Part shown: one piece after another, positions 27,365 to 36,454 of the stretch | Layout: each line of letters starts with the position of its first letter | Numbering within the stretch: position 1 is the first letter of the stretch | Assembly: GCA_013151955.1 (NCBI GenBank) | Contig: JAADHH010000140.1 | Location: forward strand, 1 to 57,748 | DNA: 57,748 bases | Source of the DNA: Chloroflexota bacterium | Lineage (GTDB): Bacteria > Chloroflexota > Anaerolineae > Ardenticatenales > JAADHH01 | Direction of reading: 5' to 3' | Position numbers and translations under genes: made by a program | Notes under the pieces: generated by a model | The model's input: only the letters and a program-made list of their open reading frames with translations | Databases searched by the model: none | Told to the model about the DNA's origin: nothing

Positions 27365-27457
27365 CTACGCAAACAAGAAAAAGAGCGCACGGCATTGCTG
27401 TGCGCTCTTTTTTCCTACCCGGCCGCATGTCAAATCGGCGGTGCTTTCCGGACGAAC

Positions 27458-27952
27458 TCAATCATCGTCATGACCGTGGCCGTGGCCGTGACCGTGATCC
27501 CGGTCGCCATGGTGATCGCCGGTGCCGGGCACCCAGCCTTTCACGCGAATGGGCTTTCCACTGCGCCCCTTGGCTTCCCAGGTCTGCGACCCGTTGCTCA
27601 CAATGACGTCCACTTGGTAACGTTGCCCTTCGACAGTTTTCGGCGAGACCACGATGACTGTAAATGGAATTCTTTCGGCGTCCTCTTTCACTTTGCCCCG
27701 GTGAGCGATCTTAACGCGCGCTCCCTGGGAATCGACTACCCTTGCGTCCACTTCTTTGGGCACGACCACGAGCACTCTGTCCGGTTGCTGAGCGGCTCCA
27801 CCGGTTGAAAGATTCTTTCCAATGTCAATAGTAACCGTGGTGCCGGCAATATTGACGATGGGGTCGCGGAAGTACCAGCCTGCGTAGGCCACTCCTGCCG
27901 TCACGAACAACATCATGGCGAGAAAACCAACCAGCAATTTCTTCCTAAGCAT
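27458..27952 (-). CDS. Secreted hypothetical protein with a His/Asp-rich C-terminal tail
   Basis: Signal peptide MLRKKLLVGFLAMMLFVTAGVAYA, RBS GGAGG, tail DHHGDRDHGHGHGHGHDDD. Confidence 0.75.
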   Translation of the reverse strand: MLRKKLLVGFLAMMLFVTAGVAYAGWYFRDPIVNIAGTTVTIDIGKNLSTGGAAQQPDRVLVVVPKEVDARVVDSQGARVKIAHRGKVKEDAERIPFTVIVVSPKTVEGQRYQVDVIVSNGSQTWEAKGRSGKPIRVKGWVPGTGDHHGDRDHGHGHGHGHDDD

Positions 27953-28198
27953 TTTTGCACCTCCTGAATGATTGTTACACACCTTCATCATACCACACTG
28001 CTCTGGAAAAACAAGGGCCAAAGGGAACAAGATCAATGGGCCAAAAGCCATCATCGCGTTGGGGAAAAAGTCCTTTTTGCAAGGACGTGGAAACACCGGT
28101 GTGTCCGTGATATGATGTTTGTACTTTCCGCTTCGGATGTAGATACGAGCAAGAAAGCAAAAGGGTACGGGGTCATTCATTGTGCCGGGCTGGCGCGC

Positions 28199-28265
28199 CT
28201 TTACGCCAAGTTTACGGGAGTTTCACGCGGGCTTTACTGACAATTTGGCCAAAATGCTCTATATT
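28199..28265 (+). promoter_or_regulatory. Four-box 11-bp-period regulator site plus -10 (flbD-motAB promoter)
   Basis: CTTTACG-N4-GTTTACG-N4-TTTCACG-N4-CTTTACT-N21-TATATT. Confidence 0.75.
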
Positions 28266-28318
28266 TAGAGCAGTTGTGTGTGCTACGTGTGTTCGCTATG
28301 ATATGCGTGTGGAAACCT

Positions 28319-28543
28319 ATGATTGAGGTAACGCGCCTTAACGGAACAAACCTCTACGTGAATGCAGAGATGATCGAATTTGTGGAGGCGACACCGGATA
28401 CCATAATATCACTGACCGACGGAAGAAAACTTATCGTTTTGGAGTCGCCGGGCGACATTGCCGATGCCGTCATCCGATACAGGCAGCAGATTCGCCAACC
28501 CTGGACGATGCCGGACGCAGGCGAAAGCCCGGCAGGTGAGTAA
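28319..28543 (+). CDS. flbD: Flagellar protein FlbD (SwrD family)
   Basis: MIEVTRLNG...NAEMIEFVEATPDTIISL..G.K..V.ES. Confidence 0.93.
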   Translation: MIEVTRLNGTNLYVNAEMIEFVEATPDTIISLTDGRKLIVLESPGDIADAVIRYRQQIRQPWTMPDAGESPAGE

Positions 28544-28562
28544 CAAACAGAGGTAAGAGCTT

Positions 28563-29333
28563 ATGGAACTATCGACACCAATCGGTTTGGTTTTGGGGTT
28601 CGGGGCCTTGCTCGGAGCGTTCATGATGGAGGGCGGAAGCCCTATCATGTTGCTCAGCCCATCGGCGGCCATCATCGTGTTGGGCGGTACCATAGCAGCT
28701 ATCTTGATCGCCTTCCCGCTCAAGAGCGTCCTCGTTTTGCCCAAGTTGCTTATGCAAACCTTCTTTTCGCCTTCTGGGGACCCCCAGGAGATCGTCAATG
28801 CTTTTGTTGGCTTGGCGGACAAGGCGCGACGCGAAGGTCTCCTCGCTCTGGAAGAGGATAGCAAGAACATCGAAGACCCGTTCATGCGCAAAGGGGTTAT
28901 GTTGGTCGTGGATGGCGTAGACCCCGAAGTGGTCCGCGACATCATGGAGACCGATGCCGACCTCGTCGCCGAGCGCCACTCGACGGGACAAGGTATGCTG
29001 GCGGCCATGGGTGGCTTTGCCCCGACCATGGGTATCATCGGCACGGTTATGGGCCTGGTCAACGTGCTCAGCAACCTGGCAGACCCGGAGCATCTCGGGG
29101 AATCGATTGCCGTAGCCTTCATCGCTACCCTCTACGGCGTGGTCACCGCTAACATCTTGTGGCTCCCCATGGGAAACAAGTTGAAGAAAAAGAGTGAAAC
29201 GGAACTTCACGTTCGCTATCTGATGGTGGAGGGCGTGCTCGCGGTGCAGGCAGGCGAGAATCCACGCATCGTGCGGGAGAAACTGGATGCCTTCCTCCCG
29301 CCCGCAGAAAGAGGTTCTGGGGAAGAAGCGTAA
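28563..29333 (+). CDS. motA: Flagellar stator MotA
   Basis: ARREGLLALE, APTMGIIGTVMGL, AFIATLYGV, G.NP. Confidence 0.97.
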   Translation: MELSTPIGLVLGFGALLGAFMMEGGSPIMLLSPSAAIIVLGGTIAAILIAFPLKSVLVLPKLLMQTFFSPSGDPQEIVNAFVGLADKARREGLLALEEDSKNIEDPFMRKGVMLVVDGVDPEVVRDIMETDADLVAERHSTGQGMLAAMGGFAPTMGIIGTVMGLVNVLSNLADPEHLGESIAVAFIATLYGVVTANILWLPMGNKLKKKSETELHVRYLMVEGVLAVQAGENPRIVREKLDAFLPPAERGSGEEA

Positions 29334-29345
29334 GGGTATTCTTCT

Positions 29346-30203
29346 ATGGCCGGCAAACGCAAAGGAAACCATGGCGGGGGACATGAAGAGGGTGGCGACG
29401 AGCGGTGGCTGCTCACTTACGCCGATATGATCACGTTGCTGATGATCTTCTTCATTATTCTGTATTCTATGGCCAACACCGACTTGAAAAAGTTCGCGCA
29501 GGTGTCTGCCTCCATAAAGAAGGGGTTCAATGTACCTACAGAAAAACTCGATGTTTTTGGCGACGGTACGGGAAGCCTGTTGGACCAAGGGGGCTTGAGC
29601 GTGGGAGAGCCTTCGCCCATCTTGATCCAATCGCTGCCGCAACAGCAACAGGATTACATCAAGCTGAGCCAGGAATTGTCGAAGTTTACGCAGGAAGAAG
29701 GCTTGTCCGGAAAGCTCAGCGTGAACACGTCACCACAAGGCATCGTCATCACCCTGCCGGCGGCCCTCTTGTTCGAGCCGGGAAGCGCCTCGCTCCAACA
29801 GAACGCGAAAAAGGTGATCGATAAAATAGCAGAGATTCTCAGGCCGCTTCCCAATGCCATGCGCGTGGAAGGGCATACCGACAACATGCCGACCAACAGC
29901 CCGTTGTTCCCATCGAACTGGGAGTTGTCCACGGCCCGTGCAGTGTCGGTGGTGCGCTATCTCATTGATTATGACCACATTGCTCCGAGACGATTGCAAG
30001 CGACCGGTATGGGGGAGTTTCACCCTTTGGTTCCGAATGATACGAGTTCCCGCCGGGCTATGAATCGACGGGCCGATATTGTCGTGCTCTATCCGGGATC
30101 GGATCAGGAGGCATCACTGTCCAGCCTGAACCTCGATGACGTCTTGGGGCAACCGCAGATATCCACGGTGCCGGCTACGCCCGCCTCCACACCGGTGCCG
30201 TAG
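29346..30203 (+). CDS. motB: Flagellar stator MotB
   Basis: WLLTYADMITLL, VEGHTD, NWELSTARA, NRRADI. Confidence 0.97.
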   Translation: MAGKRKGNHGGGHEEGGDERWLLTYADMITLLMIFFIILYSMANTDLKKFAQVSASIKKGFNVPTEKLDVFGDGTGSLLDQGGLSVGEPSPILIQSLPQQQQDYIKLSQELSKFTQEEGLSGKLSVNTSPQGIVITLPAALLFEPGSASLQQNAKKVIDKIAEILRPLPNAMRVEGHTDNMPTNSPLFPSNWELSTARAVSVVRYLIDYDHIAPRRLQATGMGEFHPLVPNDTSSRRAMNRRADIVVLYPGSDQEASLSSLNLDDVLGQPQISTVPATPASTPVP

Positions 30204-30221
30204 TAGAAAGCGAGTGACGAA

Positions 30222-30836
30222 ATGAAAGAGAAACTGGGAAGCCTAACGGGCATTTTCAACAAACGTCTCCTCATCATCGTTGGGGGGGTGCTGTACCTGG
30301 CCTTTATGACGTACATCTTGCTTCCATCCAACCTGCCGAAGCCATTCTACATCGAAGTGAGCTGGGACGGTTCTTCCGCTGCGGCCGCAGCCGAGGAGGC
30401 CGGCCCTACGCCCACCCCCACTGTAGAGCTGACGAAACCCTCCGAAGCGCTGCCCAGCGAGTATTCGGAACTTTTGCAGGGTCGGGGCGTAATGTTCCCC
30501 ATCGGGCCCAAGATCTACAACCTGGCCGACAAAGATGCGCGTCGTTACGTAAAAATATCTCTGGTGTTAGAAATCTTGCCGCACGACATGACCTTCTACA
30601 CTCTCCCTCAAGCAGAACGCGCTCTTGCCGAAGAGAAATATACACAAGAAATCAGAGCGAAAGAACCGCTGATCGAAGATGCGCTCACCACGGCGCTTAC
30701 CAGCAAGACATACGAGGAAGTCTTTACCGTTCAGGGCAAGGAGAACTTGAAAAAAGAAATCTTGGAAGCCATCAACCCCTTGATGGGCGCGGAAGAAGTC
30801 TCTCACATATACTTCACAGAATTCTTGATCCAGTAA
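30222..30836 (+). CDS. fliL: Flagellar basal-body protein FliL
   Basis: N-terminal TM, NLAD...RYVK, GKENLKKEI...YFTEFLIQ. Confidence 0.9.
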   Translation: MKEKLGSLTGIFNKRLLIIVGGVLYLAFMTYILLPSNLPKPFYIEVSWDGSSAAAAAEEAGPTPTPTVELTKPSEALPSEYSELLQGRGVMFPIGPKIYNLADKDARRYVKISLVLEILPHDMTFYTLPQAERALAEEKYTQEIRAKEPLIEDALTTALTSKTYEEVFTVQGKENLKKEILEAINPLMGAEEVSHIYFTEFLIQ

Positions 30837-30869
30837 AGCGGTTTTACAAACGATTGGGTACACTACCAA

Positions 30870-31910
30870 ATGAGCACAGACGAAGACAAAATACTTAGCC
30901 AAAAAGAAATAGATGCCTTGCTCTCTATCTTGCCGGAGGATGGGGGGGCGTTATCGTCTGAGGGGGCGGTCCCATCGACGAGCAAAGTGCCCGCGAATGT
31001 GAAGCTCTACGATTTCCGGTCGCCAAACAAGTTTTCCAAAGAGCAAATACGGACGCTGAAGATGATGCACGAGAGCTTTGCCAGACGTTTGACATCCGGT
31101 CTCTCTGCTTACCTGCGATCCGCAGTACAGGCTACTTTCGTCTACGTCGAGCAGGGTACTTACGAACAATTGACGAACCATGTGCCGGACCCTTCGATCA
31201 TTTATGTGGTGAAAATGTCTCCCCTGCCGGGACGAATCTTCATCAGCGTGGATGCAAGCCTGGCTTCGGTGTTTGTGGATCGCTTGTTGGGAGGGAGTGG
31301 CCGAGGTGTCCCCGAAACGCACACAATCACCGACATCGAGATTGGGCTGGTCCAGAACGTGGCCAAACGTACACTCGACGCGTTGACCGACGCCTGGAGC
31401 AACGTGGTGGATTTGCAGCCACTCGTGGAGGAGAGCACGCAAAACGTGCAGTTTGTGCAGATCGCCCTCTCCAGTGATGCGGCGGTGTTCATTGCGCTGG
31501 AAGTTCGGGTGCAGGAGGCGATAGGAACGATGAGTTTGTGTATCCCTTTCCAGGTGATCAAGCCCATCATGTTCAAATTGAGTCCCCACGCCTGGGTGGC
31601 CGGACAAGAAAAGAGCGAACCCGAAACGGACTTCCAGGAAATCCGGCAACAAGTTAGTTACATTCCGGTGAACGTGGTCGCACAACTGGGTACCGTTGAC
31701 TTGACGGTCCGCGAATTGATGAGCTTGCGTCCCGGAGATGTGATCCCGCTGAATTCTCATATCGACTCGGAGTTGCCGTTGCTTACGGAAGGCGAGAAAA
31801 TGGGCTCGTGCAGGCCGGGGACGCTGGGTGGGCAATTGGCCGTGGTCATCACCGATGCCCTTACTTCTTCCTCCTCGCTTGCCACTGGCACGATAGACCA
31901 TGCAAATTGA
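30870..31910 (+). CDS. fliM: Flagellar motor switch protein FliM
   Basis: LSQKEIDALL, YDFRSPNKFSKEQIRTL, LLGGSG. Confidence 0.97.
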   Translation: MSTDEDKILSQKEIDALLSILPEDGGALSSEGAVPSTSKVPANVKLYDFRSPNKFSKEQIRTLKMMHESFARRLTSGLSAYLRSAVQATFVYVEQGTYEQLTNHVPDPSIIYVVKMSPLPGRIFISVDASLASVFVDRLLGGSGRGVPETHTITDIEIGLVQNVAKRTLDALTDAWSNVVDLQPLVEESTQNVQFVQIALSSDAAVFIALEVRVQEAIGTMSLCIPFQVIKPIMFKLSPHAWVAGQEKSEPETDFQEIRQQVSYIPVNVVAQLGTVDLTVRELMSLRPGDVIPLNSHIDSELPLLTEGEKMGSCRPGTLGGQLAVVITDALTSSSSLATGTIDHAN

Positions 31911-31942
31911 ACTTGTACCGGTATCCCGATTGATCTGGAGGC

Positions 31943-32497
31943 ATGAACGAAATCATGGAAAACGATAACGCGATCGAGATAAGTGCCGACGAACTGGCAC
32001 GGCTGACATCTGAAATTGGGCTCACTTCACCGATGGCCGGGGCCGGCGACGCTCCGGTAGCGAGCGGTGTGGGGAGCGACGTGCCCTCGCCACCACCGCC
32101 ACCCTCGCCTGCGCCCGCTGCTGTCCCACCCGTTACGCCCGGACAAATGTATGCCGCGCCACAAAACACGACGGTCAAGCCGGCTGCCTTCATGCCCTTG
32201 CAAGCAACGGACACTGTTGCGCCGGACCTCGGTGCCAGCAAGAACATTGATTTGCTCCTGGACATCAACATGAAAGTCTCTGTGGAGCTGGGACGAACAA
32301 GGATGGCTGTGCGCGATGTCCTCGGATTGTCAAACGGCTCGGTCCTTGAACTGGACAGACAGGCCGGCGAACCGGTAGACATCTTGATCAACGATCGTTT
32401 GGTGGCACGCGGTGAGGTCGTGGTCATCGACGACAGATTTGGTGTGCGTGTGACCGATATCGAGACGCCTTCCCAGCGCGTGCGATCCTTGCGTTAG
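31943..32497 (+). CDS. fliN: Flagellar motor switch protein FliN
   Basis: NIDLLLDI...VELGRT, GEPVDILIN..LVARGEVVV.DDRFGVRV. Confidence 0.95.
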   Translation: MNEIMENDNAIEISADELARLTSEIGLTSPMAGAGDAPVASGVGSDVPSPPPPPSPAPAAVPPVTPGQMYAAPQNTTVKPAAFMPLQATDTVAPDLGASKNIDLLLDINMKVSVELGRTRMAVRDVLGLSNGSVLELDRQAGEPVDILINDRLVARGEVVVIDDRFGVRVTDIETPSQRVRSLR

Positions 32498-32595
32498 CGC
32501 ACCTCCGCGCGACCTCGAAACGCCTGTGCTGTTTCGACAAGAAAAGGATCGAGCAATTGCAAATTGGCAAGCATAGAATCGGTTTTGTTCAGGGA

Positions 32596-33402
32596 ATGCC
32601 ACGACCATCGTTGGTGCTGATGGGCCTGTTGATCATTGGCGCGTTTACCGTCGCCTGGCCTCTGGCTATTCGCCCATCTATCATCAAGTCCCCCCCGCCC
32701 GATACCCCGGCGGAGCAGACAGCGCCGGCGGCCGCCACCCCATCCTCCAATGATGGCTATCTCTTGCCCGCGTATGACCCGGCTCCGGCCTGGGCCGAGG
32801 CGCAGCCAAGTGAGGAAGATTTCAATGCAGGTACTGTCTTCAGCCTGGTTTTCAAGCTGGTGTTGGTGCTGGCCTTGATCTACGGTACGGCGTGGGTCTT
32901 GAAACGTTTCCGTTTTGGAATTCAGCCTGCTCCGCCGAAGGGACAGCAAATCAATGTCGTGGAGACGGCCCGAATGGCTCCTAACCAAACGCTCCACCTG
33001 ATCGAGGTGCAAGGCCAGACCTTTCTGATCGGGGCAACCGAGCAACGCATTTCCTTGATATCTTCGCTTTCGAAGGAGACCCCGGCCGCCATTCCGGTGT
33101 CTGCCTCGCTCGGCTACGTACCCGATCTGGTTCCGGAACCGGTGCGCAGAGTCGAGGAGACAGGGGAGCCCCCAACCACAAATCTTCCGGACGGGGCCTT
33201 CCGCGAGCCCGAACCGGTTGTGGCCGGGGGCGACGGGGCTGCTTCTTTCGAGCAACTCCTCTCGCAAACCGAGGTCCGCGTGGGTCGCCTGCGCGAACAG
33301 ATTGCGCAGCGCTACCGGGAAGGGGCCGCGTTGGGCCTGAACATCCCCCGCCCCCCGCGACGCGGGCGCACGCGTACGGAAACCCCCACCCGGGATATGT
33401 GA
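32596..33402 (+). CDS. fliO: Flagellar biosynthesis protein FliO
   Basis: LVLVLALIYGTAWVLKR...INVVET....NQTLHLIEV.GQTFLIGATEQRISLI; lies between fliN and fliP; start uncertain (32557 or 32596). Confidence 0.85.
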   Translation: MPRPSLVLMGLLIIGAFTVAWPLAIRPSIIKSPPPDTPAEQTAPAAATPSSNDGYLLPAYDPAPAWAEAQPSEEDFNAGTVFSLVFKLVLVLALIYGTAWVLKRFRFGIQPAPPKGQQINVVETARMAPNQTLHLIEVQGQTFLIGATEQRISLISSLSKETPAAIPVSASLGYVPDLVPEPVRRVEETGEPPTTNLPDGAFREPEPVVAGGDGAASFEQLLSQTEVRVGRLREQIAQRYREGAALGLNIPRPPRRGRTRTETPTRDM

Positions 33403-33403
33403 G

Positions 33404-34204
33404 ATGTTGCCCCTTTTCGTGCGAAAATGGTCTCGCCCTTCTGCCTCGACGCTGATTCGGCGGCTTCTGCCGTTGGCGCTGGTGGGCGGCGCGCTGCTCC
33501 TGGCCGGCTGCGCCCCCGATTCGCAACTCGCTGTTCCGAAGATGAACCTGGGGATCGAGCCTTCGAGCAATCCACAGGACATTTCGTCGGCCCTGCAAAT
33601 CCTGATCGGCCTGACGATCCTTACATTGGCGCCGGCCCTGTTGATCCTGGTCACCTCTTTCACGCGCATCGTCATCGTGCTCTCCTTTGTGCGCACCGCC
33701 GTAGGGGTGCCGCAAACGCCACCCACACAAGTGATCGTTGGGCTATCCCTGTTCCTGACCCTTTTCGTGATGGCGCCGACCTGGACCCAAGTCAATGACC
33801 AGGCTCTGCAACCCTATTTACAGGGGAATATCTCCCAAAAAGAGGCCTATCAACAAGGAATTACGCCCTTGCGGGACTTCATGTTCCGCCAAACCCGAGA
33901 ACGCGATCTGGCGCTCTTTGTCAGCCTGGGAAAGATCGCACGCCCCAAAACGCGGGAAGATGTGCCCACCTATGTGCTGATTCCGGCATTCGTAATCAGT
34001 GAACTGAAAACGGCCTTTCAGATGGGGTTCTTGCTCTTCGTTCCGTTTCTGATCATCGACATGGTGGTCTCCAGCACGTTGATGTCTATGGGCATGATGA
34101 TGCTGCCACCTTCTTTGATCTCCTTGCCATTCAAGTTGTTGCTGTTCGTAATGGTAGACGGCTGGCACCTGATTGTTCGTTCGTTGGTAATGAGCTTCAA
34201 GTAG
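33404..34204 (+). CDS. fliP: Flagellar export gate protein FliP
   Basis: TSFTRIVIVL, PPTQV, PAFVISELKTAFQMGF, MGMMMLPP, LPFKLLLFV.VDGW. Confidence 0.98.
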   Translation: MLPLFVRKWSRPSASTLIRRLLPLALVGGALLLAGCAPDSQLAVPKMNLGIEPSSNPQDISSALQILIGLTILTLAPALLILVTSFTRIVIVLSFVRTAVGVPQTPPTQVIVGLSLFLTLFVMAPTWTQVNDQALQPYLQGNISQKEAYQQGITPLRDFMFRQTRERDLALFVSLGKIARPKTREDVPTYVLIPAFVISELKTAFQMGFLLFVPFLIIDMVVSSTLMSMGMMMLPPSLISLPFKLLLFVMVDGWHLIVRSLVMSFK

Positions 34205-34221
34205 AGGAAAGGAGTTGCCCA

Positions 34222-34491
34222 TTGACTACAGCCATGCTGGCCACGATTGCCCGAGACACGCTCCTGGTGACCATCGAACTGTCAATGCCCATCCTTGCCG
34301 CTGGCCTGATCGTGGGGGTTTTGATCAGTCTGTTCCAGGCCGTAACCCAGATCAGTGAATTGACCCTGACCTTTGTGCCCAAACTTCTATCAACCATTCT
34401 GATCATTGTTATTCTGGGCCCGTGGATGCTCCAGACCATTCTACGCTTCACGTCCGACCTTTTCTCCTCCCTGCCCCTCATGGTCCGGTGA
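34222..34491 (+). CDS. fliQ: Flagellar export protein FliQ
   Basis: LISLFQAVTQISELTLTFVPK; TTG start after AAGGAG. Confidence 0.96.
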   Translation: MTTAMLATIARDTLLVTIELSMPILAAGLIVGVLISLFQAVTQISELTLTFVPKLLSTILIIVILGPWMLQTILRFTSDLFSSLPLMVR

Positions 34492-34503
34492 CCGGGGGCG
34501 TCT

Positions 34504-34570
34504 CTTTACGGTAGCTTTACGGCGGTTTCACGCCAACTTTACTGAATCTTACCGGAAGTTGTGTTATAGT
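34504..34570 (+). promoter_or_regulatory. Four-box 11-bp-period regulator site plus extended -10 (internal promoter before fliR)
   Basis: CTTTACG-N4-CTTTACG-N4-TTTCACG-N4-CTTTACT-N21-TATAGT, with TG. Confidence 0.75.
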
Positions 34571-34613
34571 ACGAACATGGTTATTCGATCATGGAAACGA
34601 AAGGAACCTGTTT

Positions 34614-35378
34614 GTGCCCCTGTCTCCACAATATGCTTTGAACTTTTTGTTGATGTTCGTACGGATAACCACCATTTTCGTTGTGGTTCCTGTTTTCAAT
34701 ACACAGGATGTTCCGCCGATGGTCAAGATTGGTTTCAGCGCATTGTTGACTTTTATCCTGGTCCCTGCGGAAGCACACGCCTTGCCACACGTGCCGGAGG
34801 CGACCTGGCCCTTCCTCCTTATGGCCGGCCAGGAAGTGTTCACCGGAGTGGTGATTGGGTTCGCCGCCGTCTTGATCTTTTCGGCCATCCAGATAGCGGC
34901 CGGGCTGGCCGGACTGCAAATCGGCTTTCGGGCGGCCAACCTGGTGGACCCTTTTATGCCGGGCATGGGCTCGGCCCTGGACCAGTTCTATGGCTGGCTG
35001 GCCGTGTTGATCTTCTTTGCGTTCAATGGTCACCACAACTTGATTGCGGCCATGGCCAAAACGTTCGAGGTTGTGCCTGTGGGGACTCTGCAGATCGACT
35101 CGTTGGTATTTGGCCGCATGTTGGCGCTGTTGACCACCAGTTTTCAGGCCGCGGTGCAAGTCTCCATCCCCCTGATCGGCAGCCTGCTATTGGCAGACGT
35201 AGCGTTGGGATTGGTAGCGCGAACCGTGCCGCAGGTCAATGTCTTCTTTGTTGGGTTGCCGATAAAGATGGGGGTGGGCATCGGTATGCTCATCTTCACG
35301 ACGCCCATTACGATTGGCTGGATCGAACGACTGCTCACACAGATGGGCCAGAATTCGTTGCTGGTCTTTGTGCGATAG
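34614..35378 (+). CDS. fliR: Flagellar export protein FliR
   Basis: FVRI..P.F...VP..VK, AAGLAGLQIGF..A..VDP, RTVPQVNVF.VGLP.K. Confidence 0.95.
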   Translation: MPLSPQYALNFLLMFVRITTIFVVVPVFNTQDVPPMVKIGFSALLTFILVPAEAHALPHVPEATWPFLLMAGQEVFTGVVIGFAAVLIFSAIQIAAGLAGLQIGFRAANLVDPFMPGMGSALDQFYGWLAVLIFFAFNGHHNLIAAMAKTFEVVPVGTLQIDSLVFGRMLALLTTSFQAAVQVSIPLIGSLLLADVALGLVARTVPQVNVFFVGLPIKMGVGIGMLIFTTPITIGWIERLLTQMGQNSLLVFVR

Positions 35379-35401
35379 CATATTTAGGTTAGGAAACCGG
35401 T

Positions 35402-36454
35402 ATGTCGTCTGAACGGACCGAGGCCCCCACTCCAAGGAGACGGGCAGAAGCACGCAAAAAGGGTCAAATCGCAAAAAGCCCTGAGGTGAATACGGCGTTT
35501 ATCCTGCTCATCGGGTTCTTCGTGCTGCAGAAATCCGGCCCGCGCATCTTCATGGCCATCAGTACGCTGATGCGGACGGCGTTGGGAGGGCTAGACCGTC
35601 CGGACCTGACCCCCACAGCATTGACGCATGGCGGGCTGGGCGTAATCTGGCTGGTGACCCGCAGTATCTCTCCGGTGATTCTGGGATTGTTGTTTGCCGG
35701 TATCCTGGCCAATGTCGTGCAAGTGGGCTTCTTCTTTTCGTGGCAGCCGCTGGTCCCCGACATCCAACGCATCAACCCGATTTCCGGGTTTCAACGAATC
35801 TTCTCGAAACGGGGCCTCGAAGAGTTGGCCAAAACGGGTGCAAAAGTGGGTCTCGTCGGCTTCATCGCCTTTCAAGCCGTATGGGGGCAGATCGGCACGG
35901 TGGCATCGTTGTCGCAGATGCCCCTGTTGGCGAGTTTGCGGGCTGTGGCGCACATCGGTTTGGGCGTGGGGCTGCGTTCCGGCGCGGCCATTCTGGTGTT
36001 GGCGGCAGCCGATTTCCTGTTCCAGCGCTACGAAATGGAACAGAACCTGCGCATGAGCCGGCAGGAGATTACGGAGGAGATGCGCAGCATGCAAGGCAGC
36101 CCGCAGATGAAAGCCCGTATGCGCGCCCAACAGCGTCAAGTGGCCACGCAGCGCATGATGCAAGATGTCCCCAAAGCCGATGTCGTGATCACGAATCCGA
36201 CGCACTATGCGGTGGCCCTGCGCTATGACAACAAGACGATGAACGCCCCCATCGTGCTGGCCAAAGGACAACGACTGGTCGCCCAACGTATGCGCGAAAT
36301 CGCGCGCAAGAATGATGTCCTGGTGTTAGAGAACAGACCGTTGGCCCGCTCCCTCTTTCGGTTGGGGAAGATAGGCAAGGAAGTGCCCATCTCCCTTTAC
36401 CAGACCGTGGCCGAGGTGCTGGCCTTTGTATACGCTTTGAAGGGAAAACGTTAG
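35402..36454 (+). CDS. flhB: Flagellar export switch protein FlhB
   Basis: ERTEAPTPRRRAEARKKGQ, intact VITNPTHYAVAL. Confidence 0.97.
   Translation: MSSERTEAPTPRRRAEARKKGQIAKSPEVNTAFILLIGFFVLQKSGPRIFMAISTLMRTALGGLDRPDLTPTALTHGGLGVIWLVTRSISPVILGLLFAGILANVVQVGFFFSWQPLVPDIQRINPISGFQRIFSKRGLEELAKTGAKVGLVGFIAFQAVWGQIGTVASLSQMPLLASLRAVAHIGLGVGLRSGAAILVLAAADFLFQRYEMEQNLRMSRQEITEEMRSMQGSPQMKARMRAQQRQVATQRMMQDVPKADVVITNPTHYAVALRYDNKTMNAPIVLAKGQRLVAQRMREIARKNDVLVLENRPLARSLFRLGKIGKEVPISLYQTVAEVLAFVYALKGKR

Noticed and set aside
29400-29475. Ion specificity of MotB from its TM helix
   Set aside because: The FFIILYSM segment is intermediate between H+-type and Na+-type patterns and cannot be called
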